A DNA stretch of 63,246 bases, counting the filler, from Choristocarpus tenellus KU-1152 (lineage: Eukaryota > Protista > Phaeophyceae), in assembly GCA_964200185.2 (NCBI GenBank). It is 13 parts of 13 records of this genome, joined end to end, with 100 filler letters (N's around TTAATTAATTAA, not from the genome) between each part and the next. Parts side by side here need not be neighbours in the genome. Positions count along the whole stretch, not along the records: positions 1 to 6,635 come from CAXNAD020007693.1; positions 6,736 to 12,725 come from CAXNAD020009225.1; 11 more parts are not named here. One strand, written 5' to 3'. Shown piece by piece: positions 1 to 12,725 of the stretch. The notes beneath the pieces are model-generated. The model had not been told where the DNA came from, ran no database searches, and saw only the letters and a list, made by a program, of their open reading frames with translations. A program made the position numbers and the translations under genes. Each line of letters opens with the position of its first letter. Position 1 is the stretch's first letter.

Positions 1-928
1 CCCCCTCCGCCAGAACCGCTTGTCATTCGACCCTTCACACTCCCGAATGCAGACCCCATTGCACCCACAAAACCACCTTTAACTCTACCAACCCCCACCC
101 CACTGATTCACACCATATTTTCAGTCAGACAGACAGACAGACAGACAAAGCAATATAGAACGCAGTGTCAACAAAGACGAACAGGATAGGGAGGTGTGGT
201 GTACGAAGGGCTGAGGCATCCTTCTGAATCAAGGCAAAATGTAGGGTTAAACTGCTCCCACTTATTATCAAAGTCTAGAGAAATATACAACTATTGCAAT
301 GATTTTATGGGAAAAATGAAACAAATAGTACCCACTCTTAATCCCCCCCCCCACCACCACCACCACCAAAAAAAAAGGAGAAAAGAAACACAACTATTGG
401 ATTGGAGAAACAGAACATTGTATTGTATGTTTTGGATAGCGTGCAACCTTTCACTTACAGATGCAGGAAGTTCTATTGAAAATCCGTACAGGTGACTGTA
501 AGATTTCTTGGGGTTTCACTGGCAACATCTTCAAAATGTGTAGGACAGACTGGTGGAGCTTGTAAGGTTCATGCCTACTGCGGATGTCATTTTCTGACTG
601 AATGAGTACAAAAACTGAAAAAAAGAGTAATTAGGGGGGGGGAGGGGAAAAGAATCGACAGATATACACTGTTCCTCATAATTGTGTTTCTTGCTTGTGA
701 ACGATGACTTTCAAAACTGTAATTCATCACTGAAATTATTTTTTATATTGATACGAACATTATTCAACGGCAAACATCTCACAAATCGTCGCCACCCCAT
801 GCATGCAAATATTACATCCGACCAACCATAAGGGCGTACTTTCAGTAAGACATCCGCCAGGTCAAGGCTTCTTGTAACCTCCTACAAATGCTCCCACAAA
901 ACACAACAGAGAGATTTGATTTACTCAC

Positions 929-2762
929 CCGTCAGTACCCTGGTCCAGACCTGACCCAAAGCCCTCGATGCGATTGCCTGAGGAATATCTAGAGGGGTGG
1001 GGGGATAGGTAATTCAACGGGGACAAGGGGATATGGGGTCATGGATAGCAACATACACGTTGTATCAACACCCACCGCTTGTTGAGGAAGTCAAGAACAG
1101 AGTGAGCACAGTGAAAACAAAAAGTATCCAGCAAGTATCATCTAGACTCCACCTTAAAGAGAATGTGCAATTCTTAGCATTCCATCAACACATAGCACAA
1201 CGATAGAGGGAGAACTAGAATTACCACAGGTTTCAGTTAATAGTTGTTGGAGTCATGCGAGCACTTGTCAATCTCGAACAATAATCACCAGGAAAGACAT
1301 TCTGGAGACAAGGCACACTTCAGTCGGGTCAAATGCACAAACCTGCAAGAAAATGTTTGAGCTCTTAAACACAACATTAAAAAAAAAGGAAACAAAACCA
1401 CCCACTACTCAAAATGGAGGAGCAATATCTGTAGACCCTTTCAAAAGTCACTCAATCCCTGTACCTACTCCTTTTCACATCACAACACTTCCCCATCTCT
1501 CTTTTTCCAACCTCCTAGCATTGTAGCACATTAGACACACATACCTCTGACCGCCCATAGAGCTGGACCTCTCAGAAGGAGCGTCGGAGTAGATGGCATC
1601 CAGAGTCTCCTTAGCAATTTCTCTCACTCTGACAACCATGCGGAGGGGTGCAGAGGCAGGGAGGAAAGGATCACAAAGGCAGGCAACTATTGGGCAAGGA
1701 TATTCACCTTCACGGTCGGCCAAGAACAGCTCATTAGTAAAGGCATATCGGGTACGTGGGAAACAGTTGGGGCTTAGAGTCGCAAAAGGAGGCCGGAGTA
1801 TAATACGGATAAAAAAACATTTGTTAGGTGCATAGATATTGAGATTTAAACAAATAGTTGTGGAACAACATACTTGTAGATATGACTATTCCAAAGAACA
1901 TTTGCCGTTTTGAAACGAAGACCAGGGGCCTCAGGGCTGGGAGCGAGATGGGTCGAGTCTGAAGTTGCATTTTACTCAGCATTATCTTCCATGCTGCCCT
2001 CGGTCTGAGATCCGTTAGATGCGACAAGCTAAGTGTAGATAATTTCTGGTATACAAGGGCTTAAAGCGTAGTGAGAAGAGGCAAAGGGTACAATTCCCTA
2101 TGAGAGACGCCCAAGTTTCGACCAAATATGAGAGTCACTTACACGGGACGAGATACCACTTGATGATGGTAGGGTGGGAAACTCTTAATCAAGTTCCCCG
2201 TTCACTCATAAAAGCATCTCTATGATGCAGGCTGTCAGTCCGCCTTGGGGATGGAAGAGGGGATAATCACCTGCGATAAATTTCCTCTCCTCGAAGCGGG
2301 TCTGGTGGTCCTGTGAATGCCAGGCAAGCCTTAATCACCTCCGCCTCTCGCCGCATTGTCATCTTGAAATCTGATCGACCCTTCATGCAGACATGCTGAC
2401 GACGTATTTATGGGGAAGACCGGTGAGAGGGGATAGCAACTTGGGGAAGAAAATGCAAGAGGTTGTCCTACATGCTCTAATTAGACCACACAGACAAGCG
2501 TTAAGGCTCAATTATAAATATCCTCAGCCCCCGACAACTATACGTTGAATCAAGTGTTCCACATTTCTCTCACCTTGATGATTTGGAGGCACTTGCGCTT
2601 GATATTGTGATTGTTTTTCTTGATGCGGGTTAAGAGGTAGTTCTCCAGTTGACGGCAAGCTTCGAAATTTGCGTGGGTCATTGAAGCAATCTCACCAAAC
2701 AGATACCCTGGTGTTGGGGATTCATCATTGGAGGTGGCCTTAGCCAGCAAGGACCTGTCCAT
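929..2762 (-). CDS. TEPSIN: Tepsin/ENTHD2 (plant MTV1-like) AP-4 accessory ENTH/VHS-like protein, 5' part (4 exons seen; 3' exons not resolved)
   Basis: Exons 2762-2574, 2395-2271, 1628-1545, 988-929 have GT-AG boundaries and keep phase. Joined protein: MDRSLLAKATSNDESPTPGYLFGEIA...NIKRKCLQIIK|HVCMKGRSDFKMTMRREAEVIKACLAFTGPPDPLRGEEIYR|RVREIAKETLDAIYSD...|YSSGNRIEGFGS. The AT-D-PTPGY, F-G-PDPL-G, VR-AKE and RI-GFG motifs are typical of tepsin. Confidence 0.85.
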
Positions 2763-3215
2763 TCTGCCTCGAGAAGCAGAGCAATGACCTTGAAATACTC
2801 TTTGAGAAGTTCACTTTGCCATAAAATCAGTGATTTTTGTGGAATGTCGAAATTTCTTTGTGTATTGGTCAGACGTTTTTTGCGTTCAGCGCGCGATGAT
2901 CCGTGCGCTAGGTGATCCAGATATGGAACCGTCACGATGGTGTTTAGATCTTTGATCAACAACCAGAAGTCGAAGAAGGGGTGGTACCTGCGACTATTGC
3001 ATGGATGCCGGTGAGATGGGGACTCGAAGGGGAATTTTTATTTTTCCATTTAGACGATATTCTGAGGAAGAGTGTCAGTCGCGAACTGTCTTTGTTCTCA
3101 GGCAAACAATAGTGACATCGCGCAAGTAATACTGACTGGGCCTTAATGTCGAGGATGCGATGTAGAGGATTGCCAATCCACCGCCCGCCGTCTGCCTCCT
3201 CAGTCCGAATCGCTC

Positions 3216-3734
3216 ATGCCGACGGATAAGAAGAAAAAGGATAAAAAGGACAGGACACAGAAGAAGGACGGGAAGGACGGGAAGGACAGGAAGGACAGGA
3301 AGGACAGGAAGGAGGTGAAAAAGAAGAGAAGCAAGAGTAGGTCCAAGAGAAGAGCTTCCGAAGCCATAGCGCCCACACCATCACCAGCTGCTCCAGTGGC
3401 GGAAGATAACAAGCCAAGTACCGACTTCGAGGCCGGTCTTTTGTTCGAGCGGTGAGTTTCACCTGGTATAGATTAAACAAGATACCCCCTCTGCCGTTTA
3501 TAGGGCCCCCCTATAGATACGGACATATTTGCGATACCTCTTGGCACTTATCCCGTCGCCTACGGCTAAACCCGGCAACATTCCTCCACAAGGTTTGCCC
3601 GTAATGGTGGGGTAGATGCAAAGGATTTCCATCGGATGTGGAGAGAGAGAGAAACAGGTGCGGGCACAAATCGAAGAGCAGGACAGCTGGATGGAGGAGG
3701 AAAGTCTGCTCTAGGGCCAGAGATGACGTTTGAG
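3216..3734 (+). CDS. Uncharacterised protein with Lys/Asp/Arg-rich N-terminus and EF-hand-like segment (first two exons)
   Basis: Exon 3216-3451 (CG|gtgagt) and exon 3593-3734 (acaag|G...GAG|gtggga) join in phase to give ...STDFEAGLLFER-FARNGGVDAKDFHRMWRE...EMTFE, a helix-loop-helix pattern. Later exons not identified. Confidence 0.6.
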
Positions 3735-5118
3735 GTGGGATGAGGGGGAAGATTGTGAAGGAAAAAATACCTATTCCTCAGATTTTGGGAGCATACATTT
3801 AACACATGTACGGGTATTTCCAGGAGGAGGTCGGAATAAAAGCATGCTAGGATTTTCACACTTCGTAATCACGGAAGACAGAAGGGTTGGCACATAGGTG
3901 ATTGAAGGGTGGCCCTGACCACAATAAGATCTTCCATACCACCACCATATCGCGCACACAGGTATTTTCTAACCCTAGCCCAAGCACCAACAACATGGGA
4001 AAAAAAAAAGTTATTTTTACGTCGCCTCCTCACGCATCATTTTCGGCTGCTCTTATCAATGAAAAGCATTGCCGCAGTTTCCACCATTTGACAATATTTC
4101 GGTTTCTGGAGTGCCTAACCACAAAACAATGGCTCCATAATATAAATAAATATACATCTATATATATGGTACAAAAAAGACATTTCAAATAACCCCCTGG
4201 GTGAAGAAATCGAGGTTTCATGTGTCGATAACAGCTGCCCTTTCCGGTTGATGCACCCCCTTCAGACACACCAACATTTTAGCCGTCCTGAGGTGCAAAG
4301 AAGAACCCCACAAAACAAAATCACACAGTCACTTGCGTACCATACGAAATATCACCGCACAGTTGATGATGTCAGCAACGGCAGTTCAAATCATTGCGAA
4401 AGTTCTCGACTGAAGCTAGAAAAAAAAAGAAGAATAACGTCTAGCTTTTCTTCAAAGATTTCATCAAGATTCCTCGAAACAATATGTTGCTGTTGGACTC
4501 AAAGGCGAAGGCATATACAAATACCGCGGTGACGGTGCTGCAAGTAAAAAAACGGACCTATCACATTTTCATGGGACTAGCTTAAAACCCTTTGCCATAC
4601 CACACCATACCAGTGCACTGAGCCCCACCCCCTTACGCTCTCCGCAACAACCACCGCCGATTTCTTTCCCCGTTAAATCAGCAGCAGAGTGTCTTGTGGA
4701 GTAGTATCTTGTCCCTGGAGGGATCCCAGGAAAGAGTAGCGTAGGTGCTTGTGCTGTTTCTAGGTGAAAGTCAGAGCCAAGAGGTAGAATGGAAAACCCT
4801 AACCTTAGTGCTTCGAAAGTAGGACTAAGGTGTGTGTGTGTGTGTGTGTGTGTGTGTTGAGCGTCCACGTTGCGGTTCAGGGGCTAACCCTAACCCTAAC
4901 ACCTTTGTAGGACGTGCGCACGGAAGGAGTAACAGAGTATCTGTCTGGGATGTTGGGGCCAACATCTACTTCCGGAAATAGAGCACTCACGAAAGATCCG
5001 GATGTCCACATGTCAAATCATTCGTAGAAATTTGGTCAATGCGGCACATCAATCGATCGGAGATTGTTGGAAATGCCCCCAACTCAATTGCAAACCCGAG
5101 AGGTTGACCCGTGAAGAA

Positions 5119-5120
<2 letters not shown>

Positions 5121-5211
<91 letters not shown>
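5121..5211. repeat. Compound (GT)n(GA)n microsatellite; further microsatellites at ~4829-4857 (GT), ~5380-5410 (AGAT), ~16500-16582 (GA-rich), ~31918-31958 (CATA)
   Basis: Directly visible. Confidence 0.95.
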
Positions 5212-5214
<3 letters not shown>

Positions 5215-5378
5215 CTCAAGTCGTTCTGGTTCGAAGCGGTCAGCTGCCGTTTCGGATTTTTTTTTTGGTCTGGTCCAACGACTATTTAAAAAACTGTTTT
5301 TTTACCCTTCCTTTTCAGACTCATTTTTAAGCACCACACCATCAACACACAGGCAGGCAAGCAGGCAGGCAGAGAGAC

Positions 5379-5410
<32 letters not shown>

Positions 5411-6492
5411 GGTTGCTTTTACATACAACGTAAGGTTATTCAAGTCATTGGTGGAGGAAAATGGCAAGAATTATTGCTTCTTTTTTTTAAATCTAAGGTC
5501 GCCGTAACCTCGCTTTTTGTTTCTTTTTGTTTCTTAATTAAAATTAGGGAGAAGTAGACCGTTAGCTAGCATCGTATTTTCTAGATCGATTCGAGAAAGA
5601 TCAAATACCCACATTTCCTGAAAATGAGATATTCCTCTCTTTTTTCAAACTCTCCGGCAGTAAATTCTCATCCCCGAGAAAACGACAGCTCCGGGCCGCT
5701 CTAAACGATAGCTCTGGGCCACTCTGGATCACCATATCACGAAATCTGTGGCCGTACCGCCCGGCATCCTGGAGGCCAAGAGCGAGCTCTGCGCGATCCT
5801 ATCTTTGTACCCTTACAGCTGCGTCCGTGCTGCATGTATGCAATATGTGCTTGAATGCAGGTAGGTATGTTTTGCCTCTTGTCCCGCATCCCGCATGTAC
5901 GGAATTTTCTTTGTGGAGACGGGTGATGGCACGCACACCAACCAACCCAACACATACGCTAAACGCCTTTGGGGGCAATTCCGACCGAGTCCAGAGTGAG
6001 AGTGTGTCTTGGAGGGCACGAGTTGTTTTTTTTTCCCCTGTTTGTCCATTCATTTGGCGCTTGGGCTTCCCACGGGTTTCTTAACGGCGTCTTACCCTCT
6101 CTCCAAAATGTTTCGAGGTGGGTAAAATGTATGCGTTACGGAAAAAAGGAGTGTCCTGAACAAGGATATCGACACGCTTTCCTAAAAAACATTAAAAAAA
6201 ATTGCCAAAAAAAAATTACATAAAAAAATTGCAACGTTGGATTTTGGCCCCCCCCCCGAGATGGACGCGGCTCTACCCTAACCCTGAGATACTCTGACCC
6301 ATCAGAAATTTGGCTGTTGCAGGGCGGTGTTGAGAAACCGTTAGTGAAAATGTTTTTGTTTTGTTTTTTTAGGGGGGGGGTCAACGCTCCTTATCAAATT
6401 CTGATCAGGGATCCTCTCATCGAGGTAATTTACCGATTTTTTTGTATTTACGATTGTTCTCTTCCGATTCCAAGAAAATCCTCCAACGGTTG

Positions 6493-6553
<61 letters not shown>

Positions 6554-6635
6554 CTCCCTCCTTTTTTGCCCTTCCCCGGCACCGTATTCTTCCTTCCCCC
6601 CCCCCCCCCCTCCCCGCCCCTACACATCGACAGAG

Positions 6636-6735
6636 NNNNNNNNNNNNNNNNNNNNNNNNNNNNNNNNNNNNNNNNNNNNTTAATTAATTAANNNNNNNNN
6701 NNNNNNNNNNNNNNNNNNNNNNNNNNNNNNNNNNN
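6636..6735. other. Artificial contig linker (44N-TTAATTAATTAA-44N)
   Basis: The same 100-bp linker with six-frame stops occurs at 6636, 12726, 19029, 23232, 26356, 30112, 36671, 39593, 43018, 48489, 56773 and 60197. Confidence 0.98.
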
Positions 6736-7534
6736 TGGGGTAACGGAATGGAATTGGGGGGGAAGTGGTTTGGGGGGTGATGGCGGGTGGGTGGGGTGTA
6801 AGTTTTGCCCTGGAATGTTGTGTGATGAAAAAAGGTGGATTTGGGTGGCAGTGACGTTATTCAAACGGGCTGTAAGCCTACTAGGGAGGGGGTGGGGTCT
6901 TTGACTCGTGAGGGTGGTGTAGGTGTGGTTGAAGAGTGTGGGGATGGGCAGGTGTGTTCCACAGTGAGGGTACGTGAAATGTGAAAGGGTGGTTTGCGTC
7001 TTTACAAAGGCTAACCATAGAGGTGGGGTGGAGCGAGCACCCATATGGGAGGGTGCCAGCATCAGTACCAGATCTAATATTCAAGACTAAGAGAGTACTA
7101 GTCATAATAGAATGGGGTGGGAGAGTGATGTCATGCAACACGATATCTGGATATCAAGAGGTTAATGATTCAAATTACTTGGTGCTACTGTATTGTGTAA
7201 GTACAACACACACACACACTCACACAAAATAGGGGTATCATTTGGCAAAGTTAATTTGAATATAACAGGAACAAATGCTCAAGCACATTTCGCAAGATTG
7301 CAAATGTAGGTACTAACCCCGAGTGGCTCTATGCAGCTTGAGCAGGGAGGGAATGAAGGGGAAGGGGCTGGGGGCGTGGAATGGAGAGTAGGCGAAAATG
7401 TGGGATTGCAAAAGGGGTAGAGGACGATTGTGTGTGGATGGATTCAAGCACGGTTTCGGTTCCCACACTCCTCTCCATGGCAGCAGAGTAGCATTCTGGG
7501 GTTGTGGGGGTGCGACAGGTGGGGCAAAGGATGA

Positions 7535-8145
7535 GGTGTGTGCAGTTGAAGGGGAGTACTGGCAGTTGTATCTGGGAAAAGCAGATTGCGCAGTGTTCCG
7601 GTGTGAGCTGGCGTGGTTGCTGAGGTGGGCGTGGGTTGCGGTTGGAGTCACCAGTGTGGGAGGCTGACCTTCGGATCCCAGTGATACCTCCTATCGCCTG
7701 CCCTCCTGTCTCCTCCTCATCGTGGTCGGAGGGGGGAAACCCCCTCTCCATGCGACCTTCGTCGCCTTCCTCTACCACCTCCACAGCCCCGTCTCTGTGT
7801 GTGCCTATTCTTCTCTCTGTCGGAATAGGTGAACATGATTCGGTTTCGCAGGATAGCGAAGGTCGAACGGAGAGCAGAATAGGCGCACACGGGGTGAAGC
7901 TGTAGAGATAGTAGAGGAAGGTGACAAAGGTCGCATGGAGAGGGGGCCGCCCACCCCCGACCGCGATGAGGAGGAGACAGGAGAGCAGGCGATAAGAGGT
8001 ATCACTGGGATCCGACAGCCAGCCTCCTCCACTGGTGACCCCAAGCCACGTCCACCTCAGCAACCATGCCAGCTCACACCAGAACACTGCGTGATCTTCG
8101 TTTACCAGGTACAACTGCCAGTACTCCCTTTCACCTGCACACACC
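7535..8145. repeat. Long diverged inverted repeat (arms ~7535-7823 and ~7863-8145, loop ~39 nt)
   Basis: ggtgtgtgcagttgaaggggagtactggcagttgta... is matched by the reverse complement of ...tacaactgccagtactccctttcacctgcacacacc. The ORF track also shows near-identical peptides on opposite strands. Confidence 0.9.
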
Positions 8146-9089
8146 CTCTTGGTTTGAACTGTACCTCGGTGCTTTACCTCCATGTACAATTTTGTATTGT
8201 TACGTTTGGGATCCATTATGTATTGCCGTTAACGGTATTTGTTTGGGATCTAGACAACAGACTATTATCACTATAGATGTCAGTGTTACAGATCCTCAAA
8301 TGGTGCACCAAATCGGGCTGAGCCCATCCCGTCACAGACCACCATGGCGTGGCCTGGGAATAATTTTTCTCTCTTTCGCCACCTTCACGACTTGTAGATA
8401 CTTCATACCATGGGGCGTTTCGCTAACACACTTCCCACAAGATTTGTTACTAACAATCCCTACAGCAAGAGTGGCTGTTGTCGTAATGCCATCACCACCA
8501 GTGGTTTCCGGTCCGAGTACAAGGATTGAACGACTCACGACGATTCAAGAGACCTGGGGTGGTGACTTTCTTTTGGGGGGGCGAGGGAAAAATCGGTAAA
8601 GCTGGATGCCATTCTGAAAGTCTGTTTGGTTTCGTGGTTGGAGAAAAGATTTTCCCGGCAGCTCAGACTCTGTTGCGTAGGAGTGATGTTTGACATGATG
8701 ACAAGAACTAATCGTTGACAACTCTACCTCACCCCAATCGATCAAACTGATTTTGCTGTGTGAAGTCTTGTGATTGTGATGGATGAAAGCGAGTCAGAAA
8801 CTGCTGGGGCGTTGATGACCTTGTGGGATGCTGAGGAGCCGCACTTTCTGGAGTATCAAAATGTGAGGGAAGGCTACGGTGAAGTCACGATCATTTCCTT
8901 TGTTTGGCATTTTGAAAAGGCTAATAAATGTTGAAGGCATTGGGGAAGGGACACCTTTGTGGTGACCAAACAAGGCTGAGAACAAGGTTCGAGTTGCATG
9001 GCTCCTGTCATCAGTATCACTCCATACTTTAGACCATCAACAGTAAAGCACCTTTTAAAAACATTATGCCTCACATTCTTTTGCTACAG

Positions 9090-9994
9090 GGTGGCAAGAA
9101 GAAATTTCCGTCGTGGGATGGGTCGTTGGCATCAGGGCGTGTTCTCCTCGTGCCAGGAGAATTCTCTGTCAATGGCGACACCCGCATGAAGTATGTGTTA
9201 GAACAGGTGCATGCGCTACATGATCCAGACTTCCTTTTCTTCTGTAATGAACACACGTTTCTCATCCCAGAGAATCTGCAATGCTTCGTGGACAACCTAG
9301 AGCCATCCAAGCCAGTGTACCTTGGTCACAGATTCAGGAAGAAAGGAACTGTACGCAAACAGGCGAGAGCAAAGCTCCAGGTTGACGCGGGCAGGAGAGT
9401 TTAAGAATGGGGACATAGAGCAACACAGAGATCGGTTGTAGGAGTGATGAAGATGATAATGGACATCATGTGTTGATGCAATCCAATTTTGCAAGATGAC
9501 TTGCCCCAAACATAAACTATGTATGGCTACTGTTCTTTGATTTTTGACATATATATGGTCCTGTGTGGAATACGCAGGAGCTAAGAGTGCCCAGTGCTCA
9601 TGTATGTCCCACCTTCCTTTTTTGTTGCATGAATGCTGTGCCTTACACTATGCATGCCAATTCCCCCCGCCCAATGCACAACTGGTATTTGTTTGAGGCA
9701 ATTCTATTTCGGAAAGGGGTATGCTAGTTGGGTAAAGGTCGGAAATCAACCAATATCTATGACCTGCCTGTGTTATATGTCTCTCTCAGCAGGCAGACTT
9801 GAACTCAGGAGCAGCAGGCTTCATCCTTAGCCGCTCCTCACTGTCCCTACTCCATAGCGAGTGGGGGAGATTTAGACTCAACAGTGGTGGGGAGCCTAGG
9901 ATGCTTGAAGCTGATGGGATTGGGAGAGTGGAAGGAGATCACCTTCCAGCACAGGTTTGTGTTGCCTCCACGCAATGGGAGAAAGATAATCCAG
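9090..9994 (+). CDS. Glycosyltransferase family 31 (C1GALT1/Fringe-like), two internal exons
   Basis: Exon 9090-9350 encodes DPDFLFFCNEHTFLIPENLQCFVDNLEPSKPVYLGHRF. Exon 9790/9793-9994 encodes LNSGAAGFILSRSSL. These match the GT31 pattern W-F---DDDT----ENL-------P--P-Y-G-RF ... SGGAGY-LSR-AL, with a phase-0 junction. Confidence 0.8.
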
Positions 9995-11427
9995 GTGTGT
10001 TTTACTGGGCCTGCATGGATTGGGTGTGGTCTCATTTGTTAATAATGTTAGTGAGGTGGTAGCATCAAGTCTTGTGTTGTGAAACGAAATTGTTGATGGT
10101 GATGTGTGTTTCACGGAGCTGTTTTCCCTCTGCTCAAGCTCAGGAGGTTTAATATTAGGGGACAGGAGACGACTCACTACTGGAGGCGTTTTCTGAGGAA
10201 ACTGTTCAATCACCCCTGTATGTGTACTTCACTAGTACACATAGTGCAGTAGAAGAAAGGTCTACTGAGAGAGTCAACTGGTTACAGTTACTTAGAAATC
10301 ATATTGGTGGACATTCGATCGTTATTTGTTTTGGACTGCAAGACCTGCTTCCTTTTCAAATCACAAGTAAAGATACCATCGATTTTGCACAATATAATTT
10401 GCCAATGTGCTATGAGCACTTCAACAGTAGCAATAATATCTTTGTAGAGCTTTAGAGTGTGCAGCAAATTTAGTGATGTGTATGTACAAGTGCAATAGTA
10501 TGGTTGTTTGCTTTATGGAGGGCATCTGTTACATTCAATTTGATCACATACTACACCAGTAGTGATTAATCTAAGAGTGTACTGTTCATGAGAATATCCT
10601 TGCTCTGCCCGTGTATTTTTGTGAAAGCGACGTGTTTTGTGTGTTCATTCAAGTGTATCTTAATTTACATGGTTTCTTTGGGAAAGATTCACAAAGAGAG
10701 ATAAAGGGAGAGTGTGTGTGCTTGTTGTGTGCAACAGTAATCAATTCGAGAGAATTATTTTTTTCCCAACAAATTATTCAAGTGCCTGTGGTGAGTGCTT
10801 CTGTGATACTCTCACATGCTTGAGATTGCTCTGCCACACCCTGCCCCTTTACCATGTATTTGTTGCTCGGAGGCATGATGCAGACGAGAAACATTTGTGT
10901 TCACATGTCACGCCTTGTGTTGTCGGTTTTGTATTGTTTTGACCTTGTGCTCTATTGTTCGATACACTTTCTCACACAGTCAGCACATATGGTAAAAGCT
11001 ATTCTTTGAAAGTGCTGAGTGATTCATTACAGAAATAGCCTGTCCTATATCAATACGATTCTTGAGTACCTCTGTAGCCCCCTGCTTAACATTGTAGTTA
11101 ACATTTAGGTCTCTTCTCTTTTTTGTTATTTTGTGATTGGCGTAGTTTAAGTTTTAACTGTGACTTTACCCCTATTACCCCTATTACCCCTATGTGACGG
11201 TGTGACTTCATCTTTGGTGTTTTTTTGGTGTTTTGTAACAAAATGCAATGCCAACCTAGATTTTTGGATCTGATTGGTGCTGGCCATGCCAACTGTTCAC
11301 TATACATTTTTTATCTGTTTTTTCAATAATCAGCGTTTGCTTTAGCTGTTTAATAAAGTCAGGCAACTAAAGATCTTGTTGTTTAGGATTCATTGGTGAG
11401 AAGTCTTCTCAGACCCTTTCACACCGC

Positions 11428-12725
11428 ATCCCTCAGAAAAAAAAGAGAAGTGATTTGACCACTGCAGAGAGGCAGCCCAACATAGCTGGGCTGTGTGAAG
11501 GCAACATAAGTGGCATTTTCATTATGGGTGACTTAAAGCCCTCTGGCAACTTGTTCAACAACACTTAGGAGATCGCACAACTTTGACGGAAATGTCCCCC
11601 AAATAGTTAATGTAACGTAGCTACATTCCTGCCCAGAGGTTTGTTTTCGACTTTCATACACTGTACTACTCCAGAGTAGTACAATAATAGTGTGTACTTC
11701 CTCTGTTTGGAATTAAATGTAACATAACTTTTGCAAGCTCCATTCTCCCCTGGGAACGACCCATGCGATAAACCCTCTAGGGAGGTGTCCAATGTTTGAG
11801 ATGGTGGGCTATCATGACTGTGGGGGATCACCAGTGCAAAGTCGGCCAAGTTGCGTTTGGTGCGGTTCAAACAACTCATGAAACTGTCAAAGCAGGTGTT
11901 CATTGGGATGCCTGGGATGAAGGCCCTCTGTCGCTCGAGCAGCTAGCTCATCCCGTCATTGCCTGTCAGTCCCAATTCTTTGACCCAGAAGTCTGTCCGA
12001 GGTCCAGACTTGAGTAACCCAATGAAGAACAGCATAGTGGTGTGATGCCTGGAGGCAAGAGGGTGAGAGACTTGGATGCCTTGGGGGATGGTGGCAGCCA
12101 CTGTGGAGGACTTCGGAATCTCCCGAATGACCCTATTCCGTCATCTGAAGGAGTATGTCAGCCAGATCGCTCAGGGTGGATGCATGGACCTTGTACTGGG
12201 TGTTGGCAAGGGGCGATGTGGGCACTGTAGAAGTATCCTCGACGTTTGGGATGTTCCATTGATTGGGTACACCACACATCCTCAAATGGGCAGCGAAAGC
12301 TGGGTTCTGCCTTGCCTCGTTGTGGATTCTGTGCAAGCGTGAGAAGGTGAAGAAGGTCAAGCGGTGGATTAAGCCAGTCCTCTCAGACCAGCAGAAAGTC
12401 ACCAGGGTGGGTTTAGTCATGAGCCACACGCACAGAGGCACAGGAGGGGGGGGAGTGGGGTGTTAGTGGATGGTCTATATGACTGGGTATATGACTGGGT
12501 ATATGAATGGGTGCATGTGGATGAGAAGTGGTTTTGCATCCTCAAAGATAGGAAAGGTGTGTACCTGTACCCCACTGAGGGCACAGAATAAGTGTTGCAT
12601 TACAGAGGTGATGTTCCTTGCAGCTGTTACCTGCCCTAGGAAGCTTTCCAACTTCGTACCGGAGGATGGGGCAGAGCCACACACCCAAGGGGAGATCATA
12701 CTGGAGTAGAAGAAATCGAGGAGGG
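11428..12725 (+). mobile_element. Degenerate mariner-like (plant/oomycete DD39D type) transposase fragments with Stowaway-like TIR
   Basis: Frameshifted motifs KPVLSDQQKVTRV (~12370), YEWVHVDEKWF (~12500) and EVMFLAAVTCPR (~12605, cf. KVMFLAAVARPR). HTH-like MVAATVEDFGISRMTLFRH at ~12090. TA+CTTCCTCTGTTTGGAATT at 11695 resembles CTCCCTCCGT TIRs. A second N-terminal remnant (RSDLTTAERQ) lies at ~11445. Confidence 0.8.

Noticed and set aside
459-597. Possible fifth tepsin exon
   Set aside because: The frame required by the upstream exon hits a stop; cannot be supported without transcripts.
5002-5330. CVCV/RERE ORFs
   Set aside because: Microsatellite translations.
6442-6635. Poly-proline ORF
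   Set aside because: Translation of a poly-C run at a contig end, likely low-quality sequence.
6636-6735. Recurrent palindromic TTAATTAATTAA between N-runs
   Set aside because: Artificial six-frame-stop contig linker; ORFs and gene neighbourhoods crossing it are meaningless.
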